From contig DUZQ01000001.1 of NCBI GenBank assembly GCA_013349435.1, positions 25,877-89,876 on the forward strand: 64,000 nt of DNA. The letters run 5' to 3'. Position numbers and translations under genes: made by a program. The DNA comes from Planctomycetota bacterium (GTDB taxonomy: Bacteria > Planctomycetota > Phycisphaerae > Sedimentisphaerales > Anaerohalosphaeraceae). Shown one piece after another: positions 46,799 through 55,618 of this stretch. The notes under the pieces were generated by a model. It did no database searches. It was given only the letters and a program-made list of their open reading frames with translations, and had not been told where the DNA came from. How positions within the stretch are numbered: position 1 is the first letter of the stretch; each line of letters begins with the position of its first letter.

Positions 46799-47211
46799 TG
46801 CCAAAACAATCTAAAATCGACCATGGAATCTTCCTGCTTGTCGTCGCGGTCCTTGCCTGGACCGTGCCTGGGGCCGGACACCTCGTCATTAAGGAGAGAA
46901 AACGGGCCGTCATAATATTTGTTACAATCACCCTGACATTTATCACCGGCCTGTACATCGGCTCTGTGGGCGTAATTGACCCGGTCGGGGCCTGGCCCTG
47001 GTATATCGGTCAGATGATGGCCTCTCCGGCGGTCGGTGTGCTCGGACAAATAACCAGGACCGGCCACTATACCAGTTACGGAAAACCCGCCGACATCGGC
47101 CAGATATACACGTGTATCGCCGGTCTGCTGAATCTGTTATGCGTCATAAGTGCGGTATATATGGCCTACGCCGGGAGAGGCGAAATAATCGGAGAAGATG
47201 AGGATGTGTGA
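46798..47211 (+). CDS. small integral membrane protein
   Basis: 137 aa with 3-4 TM segments. The start overlaps the upstream stop (TGATG). Confidence 0.6.
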   Translation: MPKQSKIDHGIFLLVVAVLAWTVPGAGHLVIKERKRAVIIFVTITLTFITGLYIGSVGVIDPVGAWPWYIGQMMASPAVGVLGQITRTGHYTSYGKPADIGQIYTCIAGLLNLLCVISAVYMAYAGRGEIIGEDEDV

Positions 47212-47452
47212 ATTCGGTCTTATTGTCGCTACTTTCACCTCTCCCGAGAACATCGGAATGGATGTCAAGAGCCTGCTGTGGGTATTTCCTTTGCTGGCAT
47301 CGGTCGCCGTCATCTATAAAGCAACAAAGGTTCGCGTAATCTTTCTGCGGCGATTTTTCACAGAAACACTCGTCTTGTTTTGCACTCTATGTATTGTTAT
47401 GACTCTGATAGCCGCCCTGCTCCATGCAGGAGTCTGGATAATCACCGGCTAA
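47198..47452 (+). CDS. small hydrophobic protein (uncertain)
   Basis: 84 aa with 2-3 TM segments. It overlaps the previous gene by 14 nt. Confidence 0.4.
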   Translation: MRMCEFGLIVATFTSPENIGMDVKSLLWVFPLLASVAVIYKATKVRVIFLRRFFTETLVLFCTLCIVMTLIAALLHAGVWIITG

Positions 47453-47516
47453 CCCGCATCTTCTGTGCCGCTAAATCAGGTGCAACCCAACTTTTGAAAC
47501 AAAAGGACAAAGTGGT

Positions 47517-48413
47517 CTATTTGCTCTTTAGCCCGGCTGTCATTGTTTTTATGTGGTCGGGGGTGGTACCGCAGCAGCCGCCGATGATTTTTACACCGAC
47601 GGCGCAGATTTGCTCACTGGCAGCGGCGAAATCTTCAGGTGAGAGATTATAAACGGCATCTTCATCCACCAATTCCGGCCTGCCGGCGTTCGGCTCAGCT
47701 AACAAGACTGTCGGCTCGGTGCCAATCGCGTCCGCATAAACTTGTGCAAGTTTCACATAGCCTGCCATATCCAATGTGCCGCAGTTAAATCCTATAGCCG
47801 CGATTCCCAAAGGCAGCAGCTTTTCGATTGCTGTTTCAGGAGATATTCCCATCATCGTCCTGAATGTATCACCCGCCGGGTCATAAGCAAGGCTTGCCAA
47901 TATCGGCAGGTCGCCGGCGGACTTGACGGCCTCTATTGCGATTGTTATTTCCTCAATCGCGGCCATCGTCTCGATTATAAACCCATCGACACCACCATCG
48001 GCAAGTGCCCCGGCCTGTCGGGCAAAGGCGGCGCGCAATTCGTCCGGCTTGACATTACCCAAAGGTTCAAGGAAACCGCCGCACGGACCTATATCACCGA
48101 GGACGTATTTATCCTCGCCGGCCGCCCCGCGCCCGAGCCGGGCCGCCGCGACATTTATCCCGGCCGCCATATCGGCAAGGCCGTGTCGGCCCAGAGCGTA
48201 TTTGTTGGCGCCGAATGTGTTCGTGATGATTGCATCGCTGCCCGCCTCAAGATATGCCGTGTGTATTCCGGAAACAATATCAGGCGATTCGATATTCAGA
48301 TAATCGTTACACCGGCCGACTTCGACACCGCGGGCAAACAACTGCGTCCCCATCGCGCCGTCCAGAAAAAACAGTTCTCCGCCAATCCGCTCACTTAATT
48401 TGATTCTTCCCAC
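47517..48413 (-). CDS. homocysteine S-methyltransferase domain protein
   Basis: FLDGAMGT at the N-terminus and the zinc-site GGCCGTTPDHI at the C-terminus; GTG start. Confidence 0.85.
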   Translation of the reverse strand: MGRIKLSERIGGELFFLDGAMGTQLFARGVEVGRCNDYLNIESPDIVSGIHTAYLEAGSDAIITNTFGANKYALGRHGLADMAAGINVAAARLGRGAAGEDKYVLGDIGPCGGFLEPLGNVKPDELRAAFARQAGALADGGVDGFIIETMAAIEEITIAIEAVKSAGDLPILASLAYDPAGDTFRTMMGISPETAIEKLLPLGIAAIGFNCGTLDMAGYVKLAQVYADAIGTEPTVLLAEPNAGRPELVDEDAVYNLSPEDFAAASEQICAVGVKIIGGCCGTTPDHIKTMTAGLKSK

Positions 48414-48431
48414 GAGACAACCAACCTTTCG

Positions 48432-49298
48432 CTACTGCTCTACAAATTTACAATCTTCGTTTAACCGCAAGACATGCTCAAAACCCTCAGGCTCCGGACG
48501 TGTAAAAAGACCTGCGAGTTGTTCCGGTGAAGGTTCGAACAATTTAACATTCTTAAGATTGATATCGACCAGGGTGTCTGTTTCGTAGTGGGTAATGTTA
48601 ATCCTTGTCGGCACGGGTGCGGCATCACCGAGGCGTGTGTACTTGTCCAATTCGAGCAAAAGGGTCGAGCCGCCCCGGTCATCGTAATACTCTATACGAC
48701 GGGCCAGATGGTCGCCGCAGCCGATATGGACTCTCTGGATTATCCGGCCTCCGTCATCCATCCTTGTAAGAGTCTGCAAATCACCCTTGCCGGACAGCAA
48801 CCATGATGAGTCAACGCCAACCATGCCGAGAGCTTCACAAAGGTTCCGCGGATTCAGCCACTGCTCAGACGGACACGCCTTGACCTGCGACCGCATACCC
48901 CACTGATACGTACTTATTTGGTCGGGCTTCATCAAAATCCAGAACTCATCCGAATTCGCCCCCAATCGGACAGCCTCACCCAGGATTGTGGAGCCGCGGA
49001 AATAAATCCGGCTGGGCGGACAGAACCTCAGGTCGATATTCAGGTTTTCCCGGTACTCCCTGTCGCCGCTGTCACGCCACCTGATACACATGTTCCCGGA
49101 GGCCCTTAAAGGCACAACATTTTCACGCCGAAGACGAAAAAGCTGTACAATCTCATCAATACTCCCGCCGACACATATACCGGCAGCTTTTTCGACGGTC
49201 GGCGCGGCGCAGCCGGAAATGAACACGCACAAACTTACCATCAGTACGACCGCAAAAAACAGAACGGAATTCTTTGAACACCGATTATTCACATGCAT
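48432..49298 (-). CDS. lipoprotein, possibly with a LolA/LolB-like fold
   Basis: Lipobox FISGC after a hydrophobic signal. The family call is tentative. Confidence 0.55.
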   Translation of the reverse strand: MHVNNRCSKNSVLFFAVVLMVSLCVFISGCAAPTVEKAAGICVGGSIDEIVQLFRLRRENVVPLRASGNMCIRWRDSGDREYRENLNIDLRFCPPSRIYFRGSTILGEAVRLGANSDEFWILMKPDQISTYQWGMRSQVKACPSEQWLNPRNLCEALGMVGVDSSWLLSGKGDLQTLTRMDDGGRIIQRVHIGCGDHLARRIEYYDDRGGSTLLLELDKYTRLGDAAPVPTRINITHYETDTLVDINLKNVKLFEPSPEQLAGLFTRPEPEGFEHVLRLNEDCKFVEQ

Positions 49299-49405
49299 CC
49301 CCGGATTTGCTCAGCCCAAAGCCCGTGTAAAAGCCGGGCTGAGTATGCATCGAGCATCGAATTTCGAGTATCGAGTACCAGGCTTTGTGTCCTCCGTTTT
49401 GTGCC

Positions 49406-49894
49406 TCACATCTCAATTTGCAGTATCCCGCCAATCTGCGAAGACAACTCGGCGACCTGGTCTTCAGTAAGGTGCGGATTGACAACATGAACGTTGCGCT
49501 TGGCGCCGGCTACTCGCAGCGTCCAGATTTCGTTACCATTTTCATATCTGCTCGAATCATATTTCAATATACGTTTTCTCATCAGAACAAGTGTCAGAAC
49601 GAATCGAAAGTTCACTTTATCGGGCCCGGTATCATCAGCCAGTCGCTCAAAGAAAGTCATAAGCATATCATCGTCCACAAAGAGTTTTTTCTTGTGGTCG
49701 GGGCGGACCATTTTCGTCCTCCAGTAACAGTAAACCGGGGGCTGGTTCTCCTGCCAGTATTCAACGCTGAAGTCCCTCCGCTCAAAACCGTTCTCAGTCT
49801 CTACAAGCGCCGCGTAGTATTCGGCGCCGACTTCAAACTTCGCATCCGTCCCCCAGCACCGGCCTAATGTTTTGCTTATTTCCCACTCTGACAT
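49406..49894 (-). CDS. hypothetical protein
   Basis: 162-aa ORF with clean coding appearance and no recognised motif. Confidence 0.55.
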   Translation of the reverse strand: MSEWEISKTLGRCWGTDAKFEVGAEYYAALVETENGFERRDFSVEYWQENQPPVYCYWRTKMVRPDHKKKLFVDDDMLMTFFERLADDTGPDKVNFRFVLTLVLMRKRILKYDSSRYENGNEIWTLRVAGAKRNVHVVNPHLTEDQVAELSSQIGGILQIEM

Positions 49895-49940
49895 ACCTTG
49901 TCGTAATTCTCCGATTTACGCCCTCTAAAAAACACGGGTA

Positions 49941-50318
49941 TCACTCAAAACAAAGCCAGGGCCGCAGCTTCTCAGCGGTCCTTGGGCCGATTCCCCTGAT
50001 ATTCTCCATATCCGCGATTCGGCGAAACGCCGGTCCCTCTGAATCGACTGTTTCCCGGTATTTGACAATGGCCTCCGCCCGCCTGGGGCCTATGTTCGCA
50101 AGCCTGACCAGGCTTGACGCCTCGGCTGTGTTGGGATTAATCGCACCGTCCAGGATAACTTTGCAACCGTCGGCGGACCGGCTGAAATAAGTTGCGCTCA
50201 GAAGTATTGAGAACACAAAACTGATTATTGCTGCAATGACGAATGCAAACAGTTGTGTTTGCTTTTGTCCGTTTATGTCTTTGAGGAAAATGGTCTCGGT
50301 TGACATACAGCCACCCAC
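49941..50318 (-). CDS. ComEA-like helix-hairpin-helix DNA-binding protein
   Basis: A TM anchor followed by LANIGPRRAEAIVKYRE and IRGIGPRTAEKL HhH motifs. Confidence 0.7.
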   Translation of the reverse strand: MGGCMSTETIFLKDINGQKQTQLFAFVIAAIISFVFSILLSATYFSRSADGCKVILDGAINPNTAEASSLVRLANIGPRRAEAIVKYRETVDSEGPAFRRIADMENIRGIGPRTAEKLRPWLCFE

Positions 50319-50340
50319 AGCACAAGCACTTTTTAATATT

Positions 50341-51852
50341 CTACCGACTACCCTTTTTCTGTCTGGTCAAAATAAGTTTCTGAAGTTTTTCCAAAGTAAG
50401 GAAGGTTTCTTTCGGCTCAAAGCCTTCCGTCAAAAGCCCGCTGCCCAATATCTTTGTATCCTCAGTGTCGGCAAGATTTAAATAAGTAATTGAATTAACG
50501 AAGGGTTTACCAAGAGCGATTTTGTAAAACTGCTCAATCCAGTCACTTTGAAGAGACTCGTCCCATTCCCTGTGCCACTTACCCGCGACACGCCAGTCCT
50601 GGTCGTTTGACTCGCTGCGGCCGGGTATCGCAACGCCCGTTACGTGCACCGGCTTGACGACGGCTGCAAAATAGTCCAGCATCGATGAAATCTGCATCAT
50701 ATCTCTTATGTGCATTCCGGGCCGGTCCTTACCGAAATGCATTTGTACGGCAAATGCGTCGAAACTGATAGCGCTTTGGATAACCATATCGGCATAAACC
50801 AGAGGAGGAACGGTATTCTTTCTCTCGGAATAATACTCTCCCCACGGAAGCAATATCTCCACAATCTTCCTCGATTTGTTGTCGGCGGAACGGGCTGCCA
50901 GGCATGCGGTGCGGGTTATTTCTATCATCTGCTCAAAATTAAAGCTGAAGTGATTATGTGCGTTCATTCCGCTGATTACGCGCCAGGCATGGATGTATCT
51001 TGAATAACGGGTTACAATTCGTGAGATAAACTCATAGGCGGCCTCTCGTATTTTCCCAAATTCCGTTCGACTGCCGCCCAGCCACTCGGGAAGATAATCC
51101 GGATGAAAATATAACAGCGGGCCGGCGCATATCGCCAGCCTCCTGCCGACAAGAACGTCAATACAGTGGTCGATGCTGGAAAAGTCGTAGTAACCTTTCT
51201 CGGATTCTATCTGCGCCCAGTTCACAGGAATCGTAACATACCCGAACATATCAAAAAGACGCTTGCGATATTTTGCGTTGTCAACCAGTTTTGGATCTAT
51301 ACAACAGCCCAGACTGTGCCGACCCAAACCTCTAATCCTGCACCTTGCAGCTAAGAATATCTCGGCGTGCTTGGCCGCCAATCTCTCTGAAAAAAGCATC
51401 GCTTCTTTCAGTGATTCATCGGCCAAAACAGAGGCCCTGGAGGGATTGCCGATGTTTTGAACAGCCTTAATGAAAACATCCTGAGCGTGATGGGCCATGT
51501 TTGAAAATTTATTGGTCTCCTCGTCGAAAAGCGACCAGTCTTCCCGTTTAAGGGTAATCTGCATCAGCCTGGCCCGGGCCAATTCAACATTCAGATTATA
51601 AGGCCTTTTTCTTTCGGGAACGCGCGTGGTCGAAAGCAATACTTTGCCGAATCCATCAACAGGCCAAAGCAAAGATAAACCCGCCGACTCCGGGCCTTTT
51701 TTAACACACTCAATCGACCCGTTTTTGAACCTGATTTTGCTCGAAGTACGCAACGGAACCCTGTCCGCCCCGAACATATAAGCCGCGGATAGTTCAAAAT
51801 CCCGGGCAAGCTCACCGTTTTTGAAAACCTGAAATCTCACTTTTTCTTGCAC
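50341..51852 (-). CDS. hypothetical TIM-barrel glycoside-hydrolase-like protein (GH10-like, weak)
   Basis: 503 aa. IPVNWAQIESEKGYYDFSSIDHCIDVL resembles the GH10/GH-A beta-2/3 region. I could not find canonical NE or TEL catalytic Glu motifs. GTG start. Confidence 0.45.
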   Translation of the reverse strand: MQEKVRFQVFKNGELARDFELSAAYMFGADRVPLRTSSKIRFKNGSIECVKKGPESAGLSLLWPVDGFGKVLLSTTRVPERKRPYNLNVELARARLMQITLKREDWSLFDEETNKFSNMAHHAQDVFIKAVQNIGNPSRASVLADESLKEAMLFSERLAAKHAEIFLAARCRIRGLGRHSLGCCIDPKLVDNAKYRKRLFDMFGYVTIPVNWAQIESEKGYYDFSSIDHCIDVLVGRRLAICAGPLLYFHPDYLPEWLGGSRTEFGKIREAAYEFISRIVTRYSRYIHAWRVISGMNAHNHFSFNFEQMIEITRTACLAARSADNKSRKIVEILLPWGEYYSERKNTVPPLVYADMVIQSAISFDAFAVQMHFGKDRPGMHIRDMMQISSMLDYFAAVVKPVHVTGVAIPGRSESNDQDWRVAGKWHREWDESLQSDWIEQFYKIALGKPFVNSITYLNLADTEDTKILGSGLLTEGFEPKETFLTLEKLQKLILTRQKKGSR

Positions 51853-51945
51853 CTAAAAACCGAAATATAAACAAAACAACAAGCACGGATTATAGCACAG
51901 CAACGCCTGAATGCAAAACACTTTCTGTAAAGCGGGGCAGCGCAG

Positions 51946-52136
51946 GGTGCATTTGTCGTTTGTAGGTAAAAAAATTCATAACCTCATAAGCCCTGAAAGG
52001 GCGCCATAATATAGCCCAGGGCGCAAGCCCTGGGCCATCGAGCCAAACACCCATTTTAAGCCCTGAAAGGGCGACAAAAGCACTATTATGAATTTCGCCG
52101 TCTTGTAAAAACCCACCTACAAACTACAGATGCACC
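51946..52136. mobile_element. ~190-bp MITE-like element with 22-nt terminal inverted repeats
   Basis: The left TIR GGTGCATTTGTCGTTTGTAGGT (51946-51967) matches the reverse complement of ACCTACAAACTACAGATGCACC (52115-52136) at 20 of 22 positions. Inside are AAGCCCTGAAAGGGCG x2 (51988-52003 and 52058-52073) and the palindrome GCCCAGGGCGCAAGCCCTGGGC (about 52014-52035). No ORF. Confidence 0.6.
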
Positions 52137-52252
52137 CCGAAGCGCACGCCCAAAAGAGTCTGGCGCCATCCCTTCGGCTACAGGTAACACCGCCAGCGCA
52201 GACACGATGAGTTACGTGGATTTCAATCGGTAAAATAAAACCCGGCGGGCCG

Positions 52253-52915
52253 CTACAGCATCCGCTTAAAGCGATACATAGGAAAATATCTGCCCGGACA
52301 AACCGTATGCCCTTTATAGCCGGGTGTGTCGCTGTGGCCGTAGATTCTGCTTTTAGGAATTCCGTACCGACTTTGCAGAAAACGAACCAGTTTGACAAGT
52401 GAATCCATCTGACGGGCTGTCGGGCTGGTCCTGGTAAAATCGCCAACAAGACAGATACCTATAGCGTCTTCATTCGCCCAGTTGCCCGGTGTGCCCCCGA
52501 CGTGAGCGCCGGCGATTTGCTCCCGCCAGCGGAAAGTAACTTCCACACGACCGTCACCGCTGCCGTTACCGTTGCCGATTACAAAATCATAACCGACTCC
52601 CATCCAATGTTTGCCGTTTCTGTGGTAATCATCAAATTTGTCGGCACTGCCATTATGGGTGGCGGAGTGATGCAGGACTATCGCCTTCCAGCCCTTTTCC
52701 CGATCGGCGGGCGGATACCACGCCGCCGGGATGCCGGTGTCCACAGGCTCCGTAAAACCACCTGTTGGAGGGCTTTGAAAAACCGATGCCAGCGGTTGTA
52801 CAACGGTGTGAGCGGCACTACCGACTATCTCGGGGACACCACCCCCATCCGCGCCGCAGCCGGTAATCAACAGAATCGCGAAAATTACAAAACAAAAAGC
52901 AAAAATCCATTTCAT
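52253..52915 (-). CDS. N-acetylmuramoyl-L-alanine amidase (Amidase_2/PGRP type) lipoprotein
   Basis: Lipobox LITGC, plus IVLHHSAT and GYDFVIGNG motifs. Confidence 0.8.
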   Translation of the reverse strand: MKWIFAFCFVIFAILLITGCGADGGGVPEIVGSAAHTVVQPLASVFQSPPTGGFTEPVDTGIPAAWYPPADREKGWKAIVLHHSATHNGSADKFDDYHRNGKHWMGVGYDFVIGNGNGSGDGRVEVTFRWREQIAGAHVGGTPGNWANEDAIGICLVGDFTRTSPTARQMDSLVKLVRFLQSRYGIPKSRIYGHSDTPGYKGHTVCPGRYFPMYRFKRML

Positions 52916-52999
52916 CGTACCTGTCCCTCATATCGTTTCAAACAAACCTCGGACCGGCCCCGAACCGGCATCTATCAAGTCGGTTGCTTCAGTGTAAAA

Positions 53000-53434
53000 T
53001 CAACTCGCGTTTGGCGCCTTGCTCTTATGCTTTACCATGTGAACACAATTACCCGTTTTGTTGTACTCGACTGTATCCATGTACGAACGCATCAGAAACA
53101 GGCCTCTGCCGGAGCATTTTCGAAGATTTTCCTCGGCCCGGGGGTCCGGTACGGCATCCGGGTCAAAGCCGGTCCCTTCATCAGTGATCGAAACTTCAAA
53201 TTTGGCCGGGGTAATAAAATACTCAACCTTAATTGTCTTGCCGGAGTCCTGCTTATTGCCGTGGCAAATCGCATTGAGCAGGGCCTCCTCTAAGGCAAGG
53301 TGAATCGCGAAAATATCGTCACCGTCAAAATCCCTGCCGGCAGCGGCTTCAAACAACTGGCTGCACAGCGCCTCAACAGCAGCGCGGCTGCTCTTGATAA
53401 CTACTGATTTATGCACCGAAGAATCTGAAACCAT
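53000..53434 (-). CDS. anti-sigma regulatory factor, Ser/Thr kinase (RsbW/SpoIIAB-like HATPase)
   Basis: N-box EALLNAICHGN, G1 DEGTGFD and G2 GRGLFLMRSYMD. Confidence 0.8.
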   Translation of the reverse strand: MVSDSSVHKSVVIKSSRAAVEALCSQLFEAAAGRDFDGDDIFAIHLALEEALLNAICHGNKQDSGKTIKVEYFITPAKFEVSITDEGTGFDPDAVPDPRAEENLRKCSGRGLFLMRSYMDTVEYNKTGNCVHMVKHKSKAPNAS

Positions 53435-53454
53435 AAAATTTATATCGTCCCAAA

Positions 53455-53600
53455 AACGAGATTCTCATAAATCATTCCCGGCTCCGTCCTTTTCACCCAT
53501 TCGGCTGCGCTCGGGGCAGGCCCTGCGGCCCCGGGTCCCCTTCGGCGGCACTCAGGGTAAAAACCGCAGGTTTTACCACAGGCCAGGGTTCCCAAACGCG
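53455..53600. repeat. intergenic repeat modules and hairpins between the STAS and kinase genes
   Basis: GAGATTCTCATAAATCATTCCCGGC, CGCTCGGGGCAGGCCCTG and the hairpin GGTAAAA-ACCGCAGG-TTTTACC. The module types are shared with the other clusters. Confidence 0.6.
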
Positions 53601-53641
53601 ATATCTTGCGTTTATGTTCCCTGAATATTCAGCCCCACGTT

Positions 53642-54007
53642 TTACGCCGGGTCGGTACTCTGGGTTGCCTGGAGCTTGTCGTCATAAATGTCAAAAACCC
53701 GGTCAAGGCGCGTAATCCTGAATATCTCGAAAATCTTCGGATTTATACCGCACAGCTTCAGTTGTCCGCCTGATTCATAAACCTTCTTGCTCACTCGAAT
53801 CAGAAGCCCCAGGACTGCACTTGTGAGGAACTTGACATTGCCAAAGTCAATCACAAGGTTAATCCCGTCGGCCTCTTCTACCAGCGGCATGAGCGAATCA
53901 GACAGGGCCTGGACCTCGCTTTCGTCTAAAATCCGCTCCTCTGTCAACGTTACAATCGTTGTATTTTTGCCGTATTCGACAGCTATTTTCGGCTGTACCT
54001 TATCCAT
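53642..54007 (-). CDS. STAS-domain anti-sigma factor antagonist
   Basis: 121 aa with VIDFGNVKFLTSAVLGLLI (phosphorylatable Ser/Thr region). Confidence 0.8.
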   Translation of the reverse strand: MDKVQPKIAVEYGKNTTIVTLTEERILDESEVQALSDSLMPLVEEADGINLVIDFGNVKFLTSAVLGLLIRVSKKVYESGGQLKLCGINPKIFEIFRITRLDRVFDIYDDKLQATQSTDPA

Positions 54008-54205
54008 AATATAATACTCCTGTAAGCCAATGAACGGCTGACATCATAAATGAAAGGCCTCGACCTGTCAAGCTTTTAGCTATGCGACGAAGGCTCCAAA
54101 AGCTATATTCGCCCTTTCAGCCGTTTATTTTCAGACTTGACCGGTCGCGTTCGTGGCGGTAGCATAGTGAAATAATGCTCATTTTGTACAAGGGGCTAAA
54201 GTGTT

Positions 54206-54613
54206 ATGGATTGTCCGGTATGTAAATCAGCAATGATTACCTGCCAGCTCGAAGAGGTGGAGGTCGATTACTGCCTCGACTGTGCGGGTATCTGGCTCGA
54301 CGCGGGTGAGCTTGAGGCGCTGCTTGACGATACGGCGCGGGCAAAAGAGTTGTTGGCTTCGTTTAAGCCGGCCAAAGAATGCACCGAAAAGCCTCGTAAG
54401 TGCCCTATATGTCTGAAAAAGATGGAAAAAATCCTCGTCGGCGCGGATGCCTCGGCCCAGCTTATTGACAGATGCAAGAAGGGCGACGGCCTGTGGTTTG
54501 ACAGGGGCGAATTGGGCGATGTCCTGAAAATAGGCTCGTTTGACGAACAGGGCAAAGTCCAAAAACTGTTAGCCGATATGTTCGGCGGTGAACCGAGTCA
54601 AATAAACGAGTAG
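54206..54613 (+). CDS. zinc-ribbon (zf-TFIIB type) domain protein, two repeats
   Basis: CPVCKSAM...DYCLDCAGIWLDAGELEALL and CPICLKKM...DRCKKGDGLWFDRGELGDVL. Confidence 0.7.
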   Translation: MDCPVCKSAMITCQLEEVEVDYCLDCAGIWLDAGELEALLDDTARAKELLASFKPAKECTEKPRKCPICLKKMEKILVGADASAQLIDRCKKGDGLWFDRGELGDVLKIGSFDEQGKVQKLLADMFGGEPSQINE

Positions 54614-54637
54614 GCAGAAATGTAAAGGAGAAACAGC

Positions 54638-55192
54638 ATGGTAGCACTTATTATTGTCGGTGTAATTTTAGTTTTGCTCATCATTTTCGTAATCGGGATA
54701 TACAACGCATTGGTTCGGCTGCGGAATCAGGTCGATAACGCCTGGTCACAGATTGACGTACAACTCAAAAGAAGGCACGACCTTATCCCGAATCTTGTCG
54801 AAACGGCCAAGGGATATATGGAGCACGAGCGTGGGACGTTCGAGGCCATCACCGAGGCAAGAAGTAAGGCGATGGGTGCCAAAACGGTTTCTGAAGCGTC
54901 CCAGGCAGAAGGCGGCCTGAGCGATGCTCTGAGTAAGTTCATGCTGGTTGTGGAAAACTACCCCGACTTAAAGGCCAACCAGAACTTTCTGTCACTGCAG
55001 GAAGAGCTTACCAGCACGGAAAATAAAATCGCCTTCGCCCGCCAGGGCTATAACGACCAGGTGCTTTTCTTCAATAACAAAATTCAGATGTTCCCCTCGA
55101 ACATCATCGCTAACTCGTTCAACTTCACTTCGAGAGACTTCTTTGAGATTGAAAGTGCCGAGGAACGTGAAGTACCTAAAGTTAGTTTTTAG
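54638..55192 (+). CDS. lemA: LemA family protein
   Basis: N-terminal TM segment and RRHDLIPNLVETAKGYMEHE, of typical LemA length. The last codons and the stop lie in the heptad arm. Confidence 0.9.
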   Translation: MVALIIVGVILVLLIIFVIGIYNALVRLRNQVDNAWSQIDVQLKRRHDLIPNLVETAKGYMEHERGTFEAITEARSKAMGAKTVSEASQAEGGLSDALSKFMLVVENYPDLKANQNFLSLQEELTSTENKIAFARQGYNDQVLFFNNKIQMFPSNIIANSFNFTSRDFFEIESAEEREVPKVSF

Positions 55193-55222
55193 TTTTTAGT
55201 TTTGAGTTTTAAGTTTTGAGTT
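55184..55222 (+). repeat. left heptad-repeat arm of the four-helix-bundle cassette
   Basis: AGTTTTTAGTTTTTAGTTTTGAGTTTTAAGTTTTGAGTT. It is complementary to 55582-55613. Confidence 0.9.
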
Positions 55223-55615
55223 ATGGCTGAAAGCCTCGTTAAGCAGAAAAGCTATGACTTTGCTCTGCGCATTATCAGGCTGTGCATGTGGCTAAAGGAA
55301 GAAAAGCATTTTGAAATAGCAACGCAGCTTCTAAGGGCAGGTACAAGTATAGGGGCCAATGTCGAAGAGGCTCTGGCGAGGCAGAGCAGAAAAGATTTTT
55401 TGGCCAAAATGTCCCTTGCTTCAAAGGAGGCAAGAGAGACGAATTACTGGTTGAGGTTGATACGAGACTCGGGAATTCTCAATGGAGACAGAATACAGGC
55501 AATAACAGACGAATCAGAAGAATTATGTAAGATTTTGACCAGCATGGTGAAGACCGGTAACGCAAAGATGAAAAGCGCATCAACTCAAAACTCAAAACTA
55601 AAAACTAAGAACTGA
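55223..55615 (+). CDS. four-helix-bundle protein (23S rRNA intervening-sequence protein / Avd family)
   Basis: 130 aa. SYDFALRIIRLCMWLKEEKHFEIATQLLRAGTSIGANVEEA...SKEARETNYWLRLI is the family signature. Confidence 0.85.
   Translation: MAESLVKQKSYDFALRIIRLCMWLKEEKHFEIATQLLRAGTSIGANVEEALARQSRKDFLAKMSLASKEARETNYWLRLIRDSGILNGDRIQAITDESEELCKILTSMVKTGNAKMKSASTQNSKLKTKN
55582..55613 (-). repeat. right heptad-repeat arm (inverted copy of the left arm)
   Basis: AACTCAAAACTCAAAACTAAAAACTAAGAACT; its reverse complement AGTTCTTAGTTTTTAGTTTTGAGTTTTGAGTT aligns with the left arm apart from one 7-nt unit. Confidence 0.9.
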
Positions 55616-55618
55616 AAG

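Noticed and set aside
47742-48398. 218-aa ORF antisense to the homocysteine methyltransferase gene
   Set aside because: The minus-strand product carries the family N- and C-terminal signatures, whereas this frame has none.
52502-53293. 263-aa ORF antisense to the amidase and anti-sigma kinase genes
   Set aside because: It overlaps two motif-supported minus-strand genes.
55184-55222. Heptad tracts and the 19-20-nt tandem units (16322-16382, 42908-42981), considered as mini-CRISPR arrays
   Set aside because: The units are contiguous with no unique spacers and occur in only 3-5 copies.
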